Source of the DNA: Deltaproteobacteria bacterium
GTDB taxonomy: Bacteria > Myxococcota > Kuafuiibacteriia > Kuafuiibacteriales > Kuafuiibacteriaceae
Direction of reading: 5' to 3'
Assembly (NCBI GenBank): GCA_040218735.1
Contig: JAVJQW010000058.1
Span: forward strand, 32,001 to 96,000
Length of the DNA: 64,000 nucleotides
The notes beneath the pieces are model-generated. The model made no database searches and was not told the origin of the DNA. It worked only from the letters and a program-made list of their open reading frames with translations. Shown piece after piece: positions 30,045-39,286 of this stretch. Every line of letters begins with the position of its first letter. The stretch's first letter is position 1. A program made the translations under genes and the position numbers.

Positions 30045-30713
30045 TCACCGGACTCCGGCGACCGAGACGCTCGTGTTGATGGTGTCGACCTGTCCGACCG
30101 GGTACGCGCACGCGAGCCGACGCAACTCGTCCGTCGTTCGCGTTGTGCCGGTGACGCAGGTGCCCGCGCCGATGGCGGTGCAGTCGCCGTTATCGGCGCA
30201 CGGCGGGTAGCGGTACTCGTCACCGAGCACGCGCACCGCGGTCGAACACAGCGTCGCGCGCGCACCGGGGCGCGAGTAGACGGCGTCGAAGTCGATCGCG
30301 ACGTAGAGGCGCTCACCGTTCGCAACGTTGATGCAGCTCCCCCGTCCGCTCGCAGCGGCGACGTCGGGGTCGGTGACGTAGCAGGCGCCGCTCGCGTCGA
30401 CCGCCAGCGGCATCGAGACGTCCGGATCCATCGTCAGCGTCCCCACCCACTCGCCCCCCTTCGACTTGAAGACGGCCATCGTGGTGAACGGGATGCAGAT
30501 GTTGAGCAGGCCGCCGCCGGTCGCTCCGTTGCTGTCGTAGGTCAGCGGCGCGGCGGTATCGGCGGAGCCGTAGACGGTGCGATCCCCGTCGCCCGGCGCC
30601 GGGACCTGCTGGTAGCCGACGCCCTTCGAGCTCGGCGGGCGCGCGGGACTGTCGGCCGAGAGCAGGACGAAGAAGACGAGAGCGAGGAGCCCGAGCAGGC
30701 GGGGGGTGTGCAT
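30045..30713 (-). CDS. secreted Cys-rich protein
   Basis: Signal peptide MHTPRLLGLLALVFFVLLSA; 8 Cys including C-ADNGD-C. Confidence 0.75.
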   Translation of the reverse strand: MHTPRLLGLLALVFFVLLSADSPARPPSSKGVGYQQVPAPGDGDRTVYGSADTAAPLTYDSNGATGGGLLNICIPFTTMAVFKSKGGEWVGTLTMDPDVSMPLAVDASGACYVTDPDVAAASGRGSCINVANGERLYVAIDFDAVYSRPGARATLCSTAVRVLGDEYRYPPCADNGDCTAIGAGTCVTGTTRTTDELRRLACAYPVGQVDTINTSVSVAGVR

Positions 30714-30719
30714 GTCCGC

Positions 30720-30756
30720 ACGGTGCGCGCCCGCGGGGACGTTTCGGCCCGGGTGA
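30720..30756 (-). promoter_or_regulatory. putative phage late promoter motif, copy 2
   Basis: 28/37 identity to 43762-43798; ends 6 nt before ATG. Confidence 0.6.
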
Positions 30757-30758
30757 TC

Positions 30759-31307
30759 CTACTCAGCCACCGGCGCGGGAAGGTTCGCCGCGGGGATCGC
30801 GGCGTTCCGGACGCGAACCCGGCGAAGCGAAGCCGCGTTCGACGACCCTACGGTGTGGTCGATCTCCACGGTAACCCACTGCTCCCCCGTGCCCGTGTCT
30901 GCGGTCGCGATCGTCGAGTCGTCGGTGCTCTCGCCGCTCGCGGTGTGGCTGTGCACCACCGGCGTCGCGCCCCCGACCGTGATCCGAACCTCGCCCTCAT
31001 TCGACGCCGGCATGTCGCAGACCGAACGCACCTCGACCTCCTGCGCGTCGGGGTCGATGAACGTCAGGAAGCGGAGGCGCGTCACGAACCCCGAGCCGGT
31101 CAGGAAGCGGATCCAGAGCGTGCCGACTTCGGAGCCGTCGGATCCCCACCCGGAGGGCCCTGTCACCGCGCACACGTGCGACTGGGCGACGCCGAGGCCC
31201 GCGGCGTAGTTGAGGAGCTCCTCGACCGTCTCGAGGTCCTCCGCCGTGATGGGCACGCCGACGGCGAGGAGCCAGGGGTTGAGGGTCGTGCTGTTGGCGG
31301 TCGGCAT
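30759..31307 (-). CDS. putative tail-tip/minor tail protein
   Basis: Beta-rich 182 aa at the end of the tail operon. Confidence 0.65.
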   Translation of the reverse strand: MPTANSTTLNPWLLAVGVPITAEDLETVEELLNYAAGLGVAQSHVCAVTGPSGWGSDGSEVGTLWIRFLTGSGFVTRLRFLTFIDPDAQEVEVRSVCDMPASNEGEVRITVGGATPVVHSHTASGESTDDSTIATADTGTGEQWVTVEIDHTVGSSNAASLRRVRVRNAAIPAANLPAPVAE

Positions 31308-31311
31308 CGGA

Positions 31312-31947
31312 TCACCCCACGGACGCCCAGAAGGCCTCGACGAGCAGCGGCGTGTACGCCTGGTTCGCCCCCGTCTCGTCCTGCGCGAACGCCTGCACGC
31401 GCACGCGCGCTTCGGCGGGGAGGCTGCCCGACACGTTCGACAGCACGACGAACGGCGCCGACGAGGAGTTGAGCGGATCGCCGGGGCCCACGAGCGTCAT
31501 GTTCACGAAGCGGTTGGTCCGCCCCCCGAGGGGGTTGGTCGTGGCAGTCTCGCGTTCGTCCTCCGTTCGATCACCCGTGTCGTTCGCGCCGCCCACGTCG
31601 ACGACGACGCGGTGATAGACGACCGCGGGCGAGGTGTTGTGGATGCGGTAGTGCGCGATCGCGTAGATGTGCGTCGCCTCCGCGAGGATCAACGCGCCAT
31701 CGAAGTCGCCAACGTCGACCCACGAGCTCGCGATGAACTGGTCGAGGTTGTCGCCGTAGGCGGAGGGCGCGCGCATGTACGCGCTGTAGGGCTGGTGCCC
31801 GATCAGCTTCCCCGCGTGCCGGATGTGCTGGTAGCCGCCGCGGAGTCCCTCCGCCGCCACCTCAGCCACCGTCGGCGACTCGGGGTGGTGATACGCCGGC
31901 GGGAGCAACGCCAGCGGCCCGAAGTATCGCTGTCCGTCGAGCGGCAC
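31312..31947 (-). CDS. putative minor tail protein
   Basis: 211 aa, tightly packed in the tail operon. Confidence 0.65.
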   Translation of the reverse strand: MPLDGQRYFGPLALLPPAYHHPESPTVAEVAAEGLRGGYQHIRHAGKLIGHQPYSAYMRAPSAYGDNLDQFIASSWVDVGDFDGALILAEATHIYAIAHYRIHNTSPAVVYHRVVVDVGGANDTGDRTEDERETATTNPLGGRTNRFVNMTLVGPGDPLNSSSAPFVVLSNVSGSLPAEARVRVQAFAQDETGANQAYTPLLVEAFWASVG

Positions 31948-31948
31948 G

Positions 31949-32809
31949 TCAGACCGTCCGCGCCTGCGAGTAGCTCATGAAGTTGAAGAGGGCCCACTCC
32001 GGGAGCTTGTAGATCGCGTAGTTGCCGGCGACGAGACCGCGGGTCACCTCGCTCGGCGAGTAGGGCCGACCGACGACGAGCTGCCCGCCGCTTCCGATCC
32101 CCTGCGTGAGCACAGCGACGATCTCGCGACCGGGGACGACCACATTGCCGGACCCGTCCGTGATCTCGACATAGTGACCGCCCTCCGCCCAGCTGAGCGA
32201 TCCGCTGCCAGTCGCGAACCATGTCAGCGAATCGGCATCCTGCACGTAGTCGGCGCCCATCGCTTCGAGGTCGCCACTATTGGGCGAACCGAACGTCCCT
32301 GTCGCCCCTGCCTGCGCGGTCGCGAACCCGCGCACCCAAAGTTCGAAGTACTCGCGCGTGCCGGGGATCATCTGGACGCCATCGATCGACAGGTCCTGAG
32401 TCGACCCGGTGCCGGTGACGCTGATGACGTTGTCGTCGGAGCTGCGCGCGTTCGCGCGGAACGGCACGGCGCGGGTCGCGACCTGAAACAGCATCTCGTG
32501 CCCCGACGAGAAGACGCCCGACAGGCGGACGTTCGCGCGTGTGTGCCCGGGGAACTTCTCGACGGTGATCGGCAACGTGATGCGCGTCCACACCAGCGGA
32601 GCGAAGCCGGCGTAGGCGCCGCCGTTGACCTCGGACGTGTCGTAGGTCGGCCAGATCAGGTTGAAGAGCACCTGCGGCTTCGTGATCAGCCGGTTGCGCT
32701 GCATCGTCATCACGCGGAGCAGGTGCGCGGACATGGGGTTGCCGTCGGTGAACGCGCCACTCTCCAGCGCGCCGAACAGCGAAGCGATCTCGGGGGTGCG
32801 AATGGGCAT
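31949..32809 (-). CDS. putative minor tail protein
   Basis: 286 aa, coupled to the hub-like gene. Confidence 0.65.
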   Translation of the reverse strand: MPIRTPEIASLFGALESGAFTDGNPMSAHLLRVMTMQRNRLITKPQVLFNLIWPTYDTSEVNGGAYAGFAPLVWTRITLPITVEKFPGHTRANVRLSGVFSSGHEMLFQVATRAVPFRANARSSDDNVISVTGTGSTQDLSIDGVQMIPGTREYFELWVRGFATAQAGATGTFGSPNSGDLEAMGADYVQDADSLTWFATGSGSLSWAEGGHYVEITDGSGNVVVPGREIVAVLTQGIGSGGQLVVGRPYSPSEVTRGLVAGNYAIYKLPEWALFNFMSYSQARTV

Positions 32810-35163
32810 CAGGGCTCTCCGTAAAGCCAGGCGTCGTCGTTGCTCGAGCCGGGCGTCAGGTTGGTGGCGTCGGACATGAAGGCGTAGCGCGACGTCTGTT
32901 GGGGATCGGCGTCGTCGTAGTTGGCGTAGTCGAGCACCTGGCCAGCGGCCATGAGCCCTCCGAAGTCACCGCTCAGCTCGATGTCGTCGCCGGCGACGCT
33001 GACCACCGTCTCGGTCGCGCCGCCGCCTGCGTCGGTGCCGTCCAGATTCAGGATGCGCACGACGTCGTCCACGTGGAAGCCGGCCGCGTCGTTCGTTGGC
33101 AGCGGAGACTGCGCGTCGGTGTGCGTGTAGCGGTTGGTGGTCACGATCGCGATCACCCCGTCGCTCACCTCGACGATGTGGGCCGAGGGCGCGACGCGCC
33201 CGATCCGGACGTCGGGGCCGTAGCCGAGCATCCGGCTGTTCGTGTAGAAGCCGCCGCCCGCGCCCTCCTGCCCGCGCGGCTCCGCCTCGAGGTGCTGAAC
33301 GAGCACGGAGTCCCATCCGCGCAGGCCGGCCGCGAGGTTCGGCAGCTCCGCGAGCGTCAGCTCACCGACGTCGCCCAGCGGTAGGCCACTCCAGACGGAG
33401 GCATCGAAGTCGCCGTCGACCTCGATGCGCGGCCGGCGCGTCCGCCACAGGCGCGACAGCCCACGGCGCGCGTAGATCTCCGGCGTGTCGGGATCGCCGG
33501 CGGGGACGTGGATGTCGATCGGCTTCTCGTCGGTGCCGTAGTACCCGCCCTGGCCGAACGTCGCGCCGAACTCGGCGCTGTGGAATGTGACGGGCGCCTT
33601 CGTGTTCGGCCCGACGATGTAGCGGATCGCGCTCGCCTGCGACGCCCTGTCACGCCGCACGCTGACCCGCGGGAGGTACTGGCGCCGGCCTCCGACGGGG
33701 CGCTTCAGGATGTTGGCCTCGCCGATCGTGAGCACCGCGGAGCCGATCAGCGGGAGCCGCGGCAGGACGATCTTCGCGAGCCCGGCGCTCGTGATGAAGT
33801 AGGCGCCCATCGGGCGGAGGAAGTTGTGCGTCACGAGCTCGCCGAACTCGACCGCCTCGTCGCCGAAGACGAAGTAGGGGAACAGGTAGTCGGGCGTGCG
33901 GTTCCAGACGTCGAACCACGAGTCCCAGTCGATGTTGCCCGCGGGGTAGCCGACGCCGAAACCGGGAGGCAGCGACGCGAAGTTGCCGCGCGCGGCGACG
34001 TAGTTCGTCAGCTCGAGGCCGTCGCCCTCGCGCGCGCTCGAGGTGAGCAGGATGGCCATCACCGGGATGAAGTGCGCCACCGGCGTCCACGTCCCGGAGG
34101 TGCGGCTCGTCGACGGCGACGGCCCGGGGCTGTAGCGGAAGGACCCCGGCGCGCTGGGCTCGGCCATGAAGACCTGATGGAACACCTCGTCGGCTTTCAG
34201 CTCGGCGCGACCCGTCCGCAGGAGATCGCGGCGGTACGTGCGGAGGCGCGTCCCGACGAAGCCGTTCGCGTCGCCGGTGAGGGTCATGACCTCGCCGCTC
34301 TCGTGGCGCACGTAGAAGACGTCGGGCGTCGTGTTGGTCGTCCACAGGCGGAGGTCCGACGCGCGCGTCTGCGGCGGGATCGAGAGGATGACCTCCGCGT
34401 CGTTCGAGGGGTCGCCGTTGACCGCCTCGGCCCGCATCCGCCGCGGCTGCAGCGGGATCTGTCGGGCGAGCGGCTTGAGCTGCGACGACGCCAGGAGCAC
34501 CCATCGGTTCAGATCCTCGGACCACTCGAGCGAGTCGATCACCCAGGCGCCGAGCTCCTCCTCGTCGGCGGAGCTGTCGCCGTCGATCGGCGCGATGTGA
34601 AGGTACGCGCGCCGGCCTCGGAGGAAGTTGATCGACTGGTAGACCTCCGAGTCCTCGTCGTGGACGGTCGGGTCGGTGTTCAGCGCGCCGCGCTGCACGG
34701 TGATCGACGAGCCCCCGACGACGGTGATGCGCATCGCCTCGGCGCCGTTCCACACGTTGTCGTCCGCCGAGAGGCCCGTCGTCGAGTCGACGCCGACGCT
34801 GGTGTCGTTGGTGTCGATCGTCTGCGAGAGCCGCGTCAGGGGCGGGCGCTCGGTTCGGATCTCCTGGGTGAGCAGGTCGTCCCCGTCGAGCAGCTCGATC
34901 GTCAGCGAGCCGAGCTCGGTCGCGCCGCCGAGGTCCGTCACGCGCTCGCGCAGCGGCGCGGGGATCTCGGTGAGTAGGTCCTGCCACACCGAGGACGGCA
35001 TCGAAGCGGCGTAGTCCGGGATCGCGGTGCAGAACCGGTAGCGGCCGTCGCTGTCCGCGGCGGCGAGCTCGGCGCCCGACAGCGCGGGTCCGAGGCCATC
35101 GATCCGAAGGATCCACGTCCACGACTGATCGTCGCGCGCGATGTTCGTCGCGAAGTCGGTCAC
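32809..35163 (-). CDS. tail hub/central tail-tip protein
   Basis: GTG start overlapping the upstream stop; 784 aa; EAMRIT...ITVQRGALNT motif; second gene after tape measure. Confidence 0.7.
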   Translation of the reverse strand: MTDFATNIARDDQSWTWILRIDGLGPALSGAELAAADSDGRYRFCTAIPDYAASMPSSVWQDLLTEIPAPLRERVTDLGGATELGSLTIELLDGDDLLTQEIRTERPPLTRLSQTIDTNDTSVGVDSTTGLSADDNVWNGAEAMRITVVGGSSITVQRGALNTDPTVHDEDSEVYQSINFLRGRRAYLHIAPIDGDSSADEEELGAWVIDSLEWSEDLNRWVLLASSQLKPLARQIPLQPRRMRAEAVNGDPSNDAEVILSIPPQTRASDLRLWTTNTTPDVFYVRHESGEVMTLTGDANGFVGTRLRTYRRDLLRTGRAELKADEVFHQVFMAEPSAPGSFRYSPGPSPSTSRTSGTWTPVAHFIPVMAILLTSSAREGDGLELTNYVAARGNFASLPPGFGVGYPAGNIDWDSWFDVWNRTPDYLFPYFVFGDEAVEFGELVTHNFLRPMGAYFITSAGLAKIVLPRLPLIGSAVLTIGEANILKRPVGGRRQYLPRVSVRRDRASQASAIRYIVGPNTKAPVTFHSAEFGATFGQGGYYGTDEKPIDIHVPAGDPDTPEIYARRGLSRLWRTRRPRIEVDGDFDASVWSGLPLGDVGELTLAELPNLAAGLRGWDSVLVQHLEAEPRGQEGAGGGFYTNSRMLGYGPDVRIGRVAPSAHIVEVSDGVIAIVTTNRYTHTDAQSPLPTNDAAGFHVDDVVRILNLDGTDAGGGATETVVSVAGDDIELSGDFGGLMAAGQVLDYANYDDADPQQTSRYAFMSDATNLTPGSSNDDAWLYGEP

Positions 35164-35954
35164 ACGACCCTCCGCATCGACAGGTTCGCGCGCCAGCGCA
35201 CGTTGTAGCGCGGGTCTCGGTCGTACGGCTCGCCGAGGTCCTTGGTCCGGTACAGGCCGTAGGAGCTGCTCGTCCGGACGGTCTCGTCCTCGTACAGCCG
35301 GAACGGCCGCCCGAGGCTCATGCTGTTGATCCAGGCCTCCTCGAGCGTCCCGTAGGGCTCGGTCGCGGGCGCGTACTCGGCGAGCGTTACCGACTGGTGG
35401 AGGCGCGCGATCTCGATCTCGCGCTCGCGGAGCGGCGTCGCGAATCGCGAGACCCGGGTCCGGCCGCTGACCGCGGCGCTGATGCCTCCGACGATCGGCT
35501 GCCGGTCGCGGCTGTCGACGGTCGCCGCCTTCATCGGCCGCCACAAGCCGCGCGGCATCAGCGTGCCGACGACGGCGTCAGCGGTCGGGCCGACGATCGC
35601 GTCCGCGAAGCCGAAGATCGACTCGTCGAGCGTCGAGTTCGGCCAGTCGATCGTGATGTTGTCGCCGCCGTCGAGCGAGCCGAGCTCCACGAGGAAGCTC
35701 GAGTTGAGCGCCGCGTACCCGCCGGTGATCTCGGTGTGCGTCCCGAGCGCCGTGGAGACGACGCGGAGCAGGTCGCCGACGCCGCCGACCCCGCCGTCCG
35801 CGTCCGCCTGGCCGTCTCCGGACAGCCAGTAGTTGCGTCCGACGGTGAAGCCGACCGTGAGGTCCTCGGTCGTGCCGCCGACGTCGACGCGGAGCGTGTA
35901 CGACGCCGCCGCGAAGCGGATCGGGGTGGCGATGAGGTAGTTCGGAACGGACAT
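35160..35954 (-). CDS. distal-tail (Dit-like) protein
   Basis: Immediately after tape measure; positional call. Confidence 0.55.
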   Translation of the reverse strand: MSVPNYLIATPIRFAAASYTLRVDVGGTTEDLTVGFTVGRNYWLSGDGQADADGGVGGVGDLLRVVSTALGTHTEITGGYAALNSSFLVELGSLDGGDNITIDWPNSTLDESIFGFADAIVGPTADAVVGTLMPRGLWRPMKAATVDSRDRQPIVGGISAAVSGRTRVSRFATPLREREIEIARLHQSVTLAEYAPATEPYGTLEEAWINSMSLGRPFRLYEDETVRTSSSYGLYRTKDLGEPYDRDPRYNVRWRANLSMRRVV

Positions 35955-38362
35955 CAGGACCCCGCGGCGCCGAACGGCTGAAGCGCCCCGTACTCGCGCA
36001 GCGCGTCGGTCGCCTCGCGCGCGGCGCGCCGGCGGTCGCCGACGAACCCGGGGAAGTGAAGGTGGACCTCCTGCGGTGCGGCCCCAGCGCCGTTCGCTCC
36101 CGCGAACGCCGGGTTGAAGCCGCCCGGCGAGGGCGAGGAGCGCCCGCCGCTCGCTCCGCCGCCGCCCGCGGAGAGGCTCGGGACCGGCGCGGAGGTCTGG
36201 CCGCCGCCGCCCAGCGCCTTACCGGCGAGGATCATCCCGGCGCCGGCGGTCGCAGCGAGGAGCCCGCCTGCGACAGCGAGGCCCGGGGGCCCGGTGACGA
36301 GCTGCAGGCCCGGGATGAAGCTCAGCGCGCCGAGGACCGAAGCGGCGAAGCCGGTCTGGATCAGCATGGTCCCGAGACCGACGAGGACGTCGCCGAGCTT
36401 CTCCTTGAAGGCTCCGGTGTCCCACTGCACGAGCATCTCGGCGAACGCGGCGCCGACGCCCTGCAGCGCCGCGCCGAGCGTGGATCCGATGACCGACCCG
36501 AAGTCGGACACGGACTGGCCCATCGCCTGGAGGCTGCCCTTCAGGTTGCTCCCGAGCTGCGAGAAGTACTGGCCGAACTGGTCGATCGTCGGCAGCCCCA
36601 GCACGCCGAGGAAGCTCGGCGTGACGCCCGACTCGCGCGCGCCCCGCGCCGTCGTTCGTCCGCCGGCGCCGATGGTCGGGTCGAACGCGGGCGCTGCGCC
36701 GCGCCGCGCTGAGGTGCGATCTGCGAAGTCGAGGCCTCCGATCCCGAACGCGCCGAGGCGCACGCGCTCCTCGGGCGTCAGCGTGTCGATGCTGTCGCCT
36801 CCGCCCCCGGCCCCGGCCCCGCCGCCTCCCGTGCCGCCTCCGCCCCGACCGTCGCGCGGGGTGAAGATGTTCCGGCCCCCGCGGCCCCCGCGGCCGAAGC
36901 CGTTGTCGCGCCCGCGGCCGTTCGCGATGTTGTCGAGCATGTCGCCCAACCGGTTGAGGTGGTCCGACAGCGTCTTGCCCGCGGGCTCGGCGATCACCCG
37001 GCCGTTGTCGAAGCCCCCGGTCGCGAACGCACCGACCGCGATGCCTCCGGGCCCGAGCGCCGACCACTTCGCGACCTTCTCCCAGTCGGTGGTCTTGATG
37101 AACATCGAGACCTCGCCGAGGGCCTTGGAGACGCCCGCGAACGCGGTCAGAAGGACACTCGCCAGGCCCGCGAGGCTCTTCACGAAGTCGTCGACCGCGG
37201 CCGCGCCGCCGGGGCTCTGGATCCAATCGATGATGTCCTCGAGCGCGCTGTTGATCGCCGCCATCGCCTGATAGGCCGACTTGCTGTCGGTGACCGTCTG
37301 CCCGAGCGCGATCTGCGCCGCGTTCTTCAGCGCCCCGAAGCGCGTCACCTGGAAGTCGAGGGTCCGCGTCATCTTGCGGAACGCCTCGTCGGTGGCACCG
37401 CTCCGGCCGCGCATGTCGTCGAGGATCTCGGTGAAGCGCTGCCCCTCGTTGGCGGTCAGCGTCATCACCGCGTTGAGGCCCTCGACGCGTCCGAACAGCG
37501 CGAGGAGCTGCTGCTCGGTCGCACCCGACCGTGCGACGTCATCGAGGAAGCCCCTGAGCCCCTTCGCCCGCAGCGCGGACGTGTTGAACTCAAGGCCGAG
37601 CTCCTTCGCCGCGCGCTTCGCCTTCGGCGTCTCCTTCACGATCCCCACGAGGGCGGAGCGCACCTGCGTCACGGCTTCGGCCGTCGACACGCCCGGTCCG
37701 GTCGCGGCGGCGACGGCGGCGGCGAGCTCGTGGAAGGGGACGTCGAGCTGCGCGGCGAGGGGCGCGACCTGGCCGAGCGTCGTCGCGAGCTCCTGCGCGT
37801 TCGTCTTACCGTCGCGGATCGCGATGAACAGCGTGTCGGAAGCGTCCGCCGCCTTGAGCCCTTGCGCGCTGTAGGCGTTCACGACGTTCGTGAGGCCGTC
37901 GACGGCGGTCGTCACGTCGGTCACGCCGCCGATCGCGAGCTTGTTCGCGGCGTGAAGGATCTCGGTCGCCTGCGTCGCGTCCGTCGCACCGGCGCTGATC
38001 GCCTGGTAGAGCGCCTTCGCGTTCGACGTGGCGTCGCCGCCGTAGAGGGCGGCCATCTCGAAGGTGATGTCGCGGATCTTCGCGATCGGGAACTCCGCGT
38101 CGGAGGCGATCGTGGTGACCTCGGCGACGGCCTTGCCGTAGGCGTTGGCGGCGCGCGTCGCGTCGATCATCTGTCGCGCGATGGCGGCGGGGACCGCCGA
38201 GATCACGCGCCAGCCCTTGTTCGCGAGCTCGAGCGCGCTGTTGATCTCGGTGGCCGATCGCTTGAAGTGCGTGACGAGACGCTTCAGCGCCTTCGCCGCC
38301 TTGCGGTCGTCGACGTCGATCGGCACGACGGCGCTTGCGCGCTTGCCCCTCTTAACGGCCAC
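35954..38362 (-). CDS. tape measure protein (TP901-like)
   Basis: AKALYQAISAG, ANKLAIGG, DGKTNAQELA, LFGRVEG; Ala-rich helices with hydrophobic C-terminus. Confidence 0.9.
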   Translation of the reverse strand: MAVKRGKRASAVVPIDVDDRKAAKALKRLVTHFKRSATEINSALELANKGWRVISAVPAAIARQMIDATRAANAYGKAVAEVTTIASDAEFPIAKIRDITFEMAALYGGDATSNAKALYQAISAGATDATQATEILHAANKLAIGGVTDVTTAVDGLTNVVNAYSAQGLKAADASDTLFIAIRDGKTNAQELATTLGQVAPLAAQLDVPFHELAAAVAAATGPGVSTAEAVTQVRSALVGIVKETPKAKRAAKELGLEFNTSALRAKGLRGFLDDVARSGATEQQLLALFGRVEGLNAVMTLTANEGQRFTEILDDMRGRSGATDEAFRKMTRTLDFQVTRFGALKNAAQIALGQTVTDSKSAYQAMAAINSALEDIIDWIQSPGGAAAVDDFVKSLAGLASVLLTAFAGVSKALGEVSMFIKTTDWEKVAKWSALGPGGIAVGAFATGGFDNGRVIAEPAGKTLSDHLNRLGDMLDNIANGRGRDNGFGRGGRGGRNIFTPRDGRGGGGTGGGGAGAGGGGDSIDTLTPEERVRLGAFGIGGLDFADRTSARRGAAPAFDPTIGAGGRTTARGARESGVTPSFLGVLGLPTIDQFGQYFSQLGSNLKGSLQAMGQSVSDFGSVIGSTLGAALQGVGAAFAEMLVQWDTGAFKEKLGDVLVGLGTMLIQTGFAASVLGALSFIPGLQLVTGPPGLAVAGGLLAATAGAGMILAGKALGGGGQTSAPVPSLSAGGGGASGGRSSPSPGGFNPAFAGANGAGAAPQEVHLHFPGFVGDRRRAAREATDALREYGALQPFGAAGS

Positions 38363-38702
38363 GGCCCAGAGCCTTCAGTTCCCGCTTCTCCTGCCGACGG
38401 AAGGCCGCGAGCAGGATGAGCTTTGCGTCATATTCGAAGGCAGAGAGGGTCTCGTAGTCCTCCGGTGTCAGCTCGATCTGGCCGGCGCCGTACGCGAACA
38501 CTGGCGCCCACAGGTGGGGGCGCTCGAGGAGCGCGGCCTCGGGGTGGCGGCGAATCCACACGCCGTCTGCGTCCTCGCCGATCCAGTCGTGGTCGACGCG
38601 CTTGAAGCTCTTCCGCGCTTCCTCGTCTTCGTGCTCGATCCCGTCCCACCGATCCGCGAGGGGCATCGGCGCCGGTTCGAAGTAGCCGAACGCCTCCGCC
38701 AT
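38352..38702 (-). CDS. tail assembly chaperone extension (gpT-like)
   Basis: Lies between chaperone and tape measure; its frame is open back past the chaperone stop in the -1 frame. Confidence 0.6.
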   Translation of the reverse strand: MAEAFGYFEPAPMPLADRWDGIEHEDEEARKSFKRVDHDWIGEDADGVWIRRHPEAALLERPHLWAPVFAYGAGQIELTPEDYETLSAFEYDAKLILLAAFRRQEKRELKALGRGR

Positions 38703-38767
38703 CTCGGGGTCCTTGGCGACGTCGGAGAGCGGCGGCAGATCGCCGGCGTCGTAGGTGGCCAGGACCC

Positions 38768-39271
38768 TCAGGAGAAAGAGTCGGCCTCGACCACGCGCTG
38801 AAGCCGACCGGCCTCCTCGGACAGGACGAGCCCGAGCCCGAACTCGATCAGGACGGCCGCGTGCTCGTCGGGCTGGTCGTTCGAATCGTGCTCCTCGACG
38901 CCGTGAACCTCGCGCACGCAGTCGGTCAGCACCGTGCGGCAGAACTTCTCCAGCCGGTCACGCGCGCCCGGAGCCTCGAACCCTTCCGCGTAGAGCTCGG
39001 GCGCGACCTCCTTCGGCATCCCGCGGCGCAGCTTCGCGAGCTCGCGGTTGTTCTCCATCTGCATCTTGTCGCCGAGGGCGGCCCACTCCTTGGACTTCGC
39101 CTTGCCGAGGTACTCGATGACGACGACGAGGCCCTCGAACTCCTTCGCGTGCTCGCGCAGGTTCGCGGCGCGCTTCTCGGCGCCGTCGCCCTCCTGCCGG
39201 TCGGCCGCGGCAGTCAGGAGATCGCTGACGACGACGCGCTGGAGCGCGCCCTTCTTCTTTCGCTTGAGCAT
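38768..39271 (-). CDS. tail assembly chaperone (gpG-like)
   Basis: Charged 167-aa protein following the tail tube gene. Confidence 0.65.
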   Translation of the reverse strand: MLKRKKKGALQRVVVSDLLTAAADRQEGDGAEKRAANLREHAKEFEGLVVVIEYLGKAKSKEWAALGDKMQMENNRELAKLRRGMPKEVAPELYAEGFEAPGARDRLEKFCRTVLTDCVREVHGVEEHDSNDQPDEHAAVLIEFGLGLVLSEEAGRLQRVVEADSFS

Positions 39272-39286
39272 CGACGGTGGCCCCCC

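Noticed and set aside
27780-35954. Diversity-generating retroelement or invertible tail-fibre cassette
   Set aside because: No reverse transcriptase, invertase, template/variable repeat pair or flanking inverted repeats seen.
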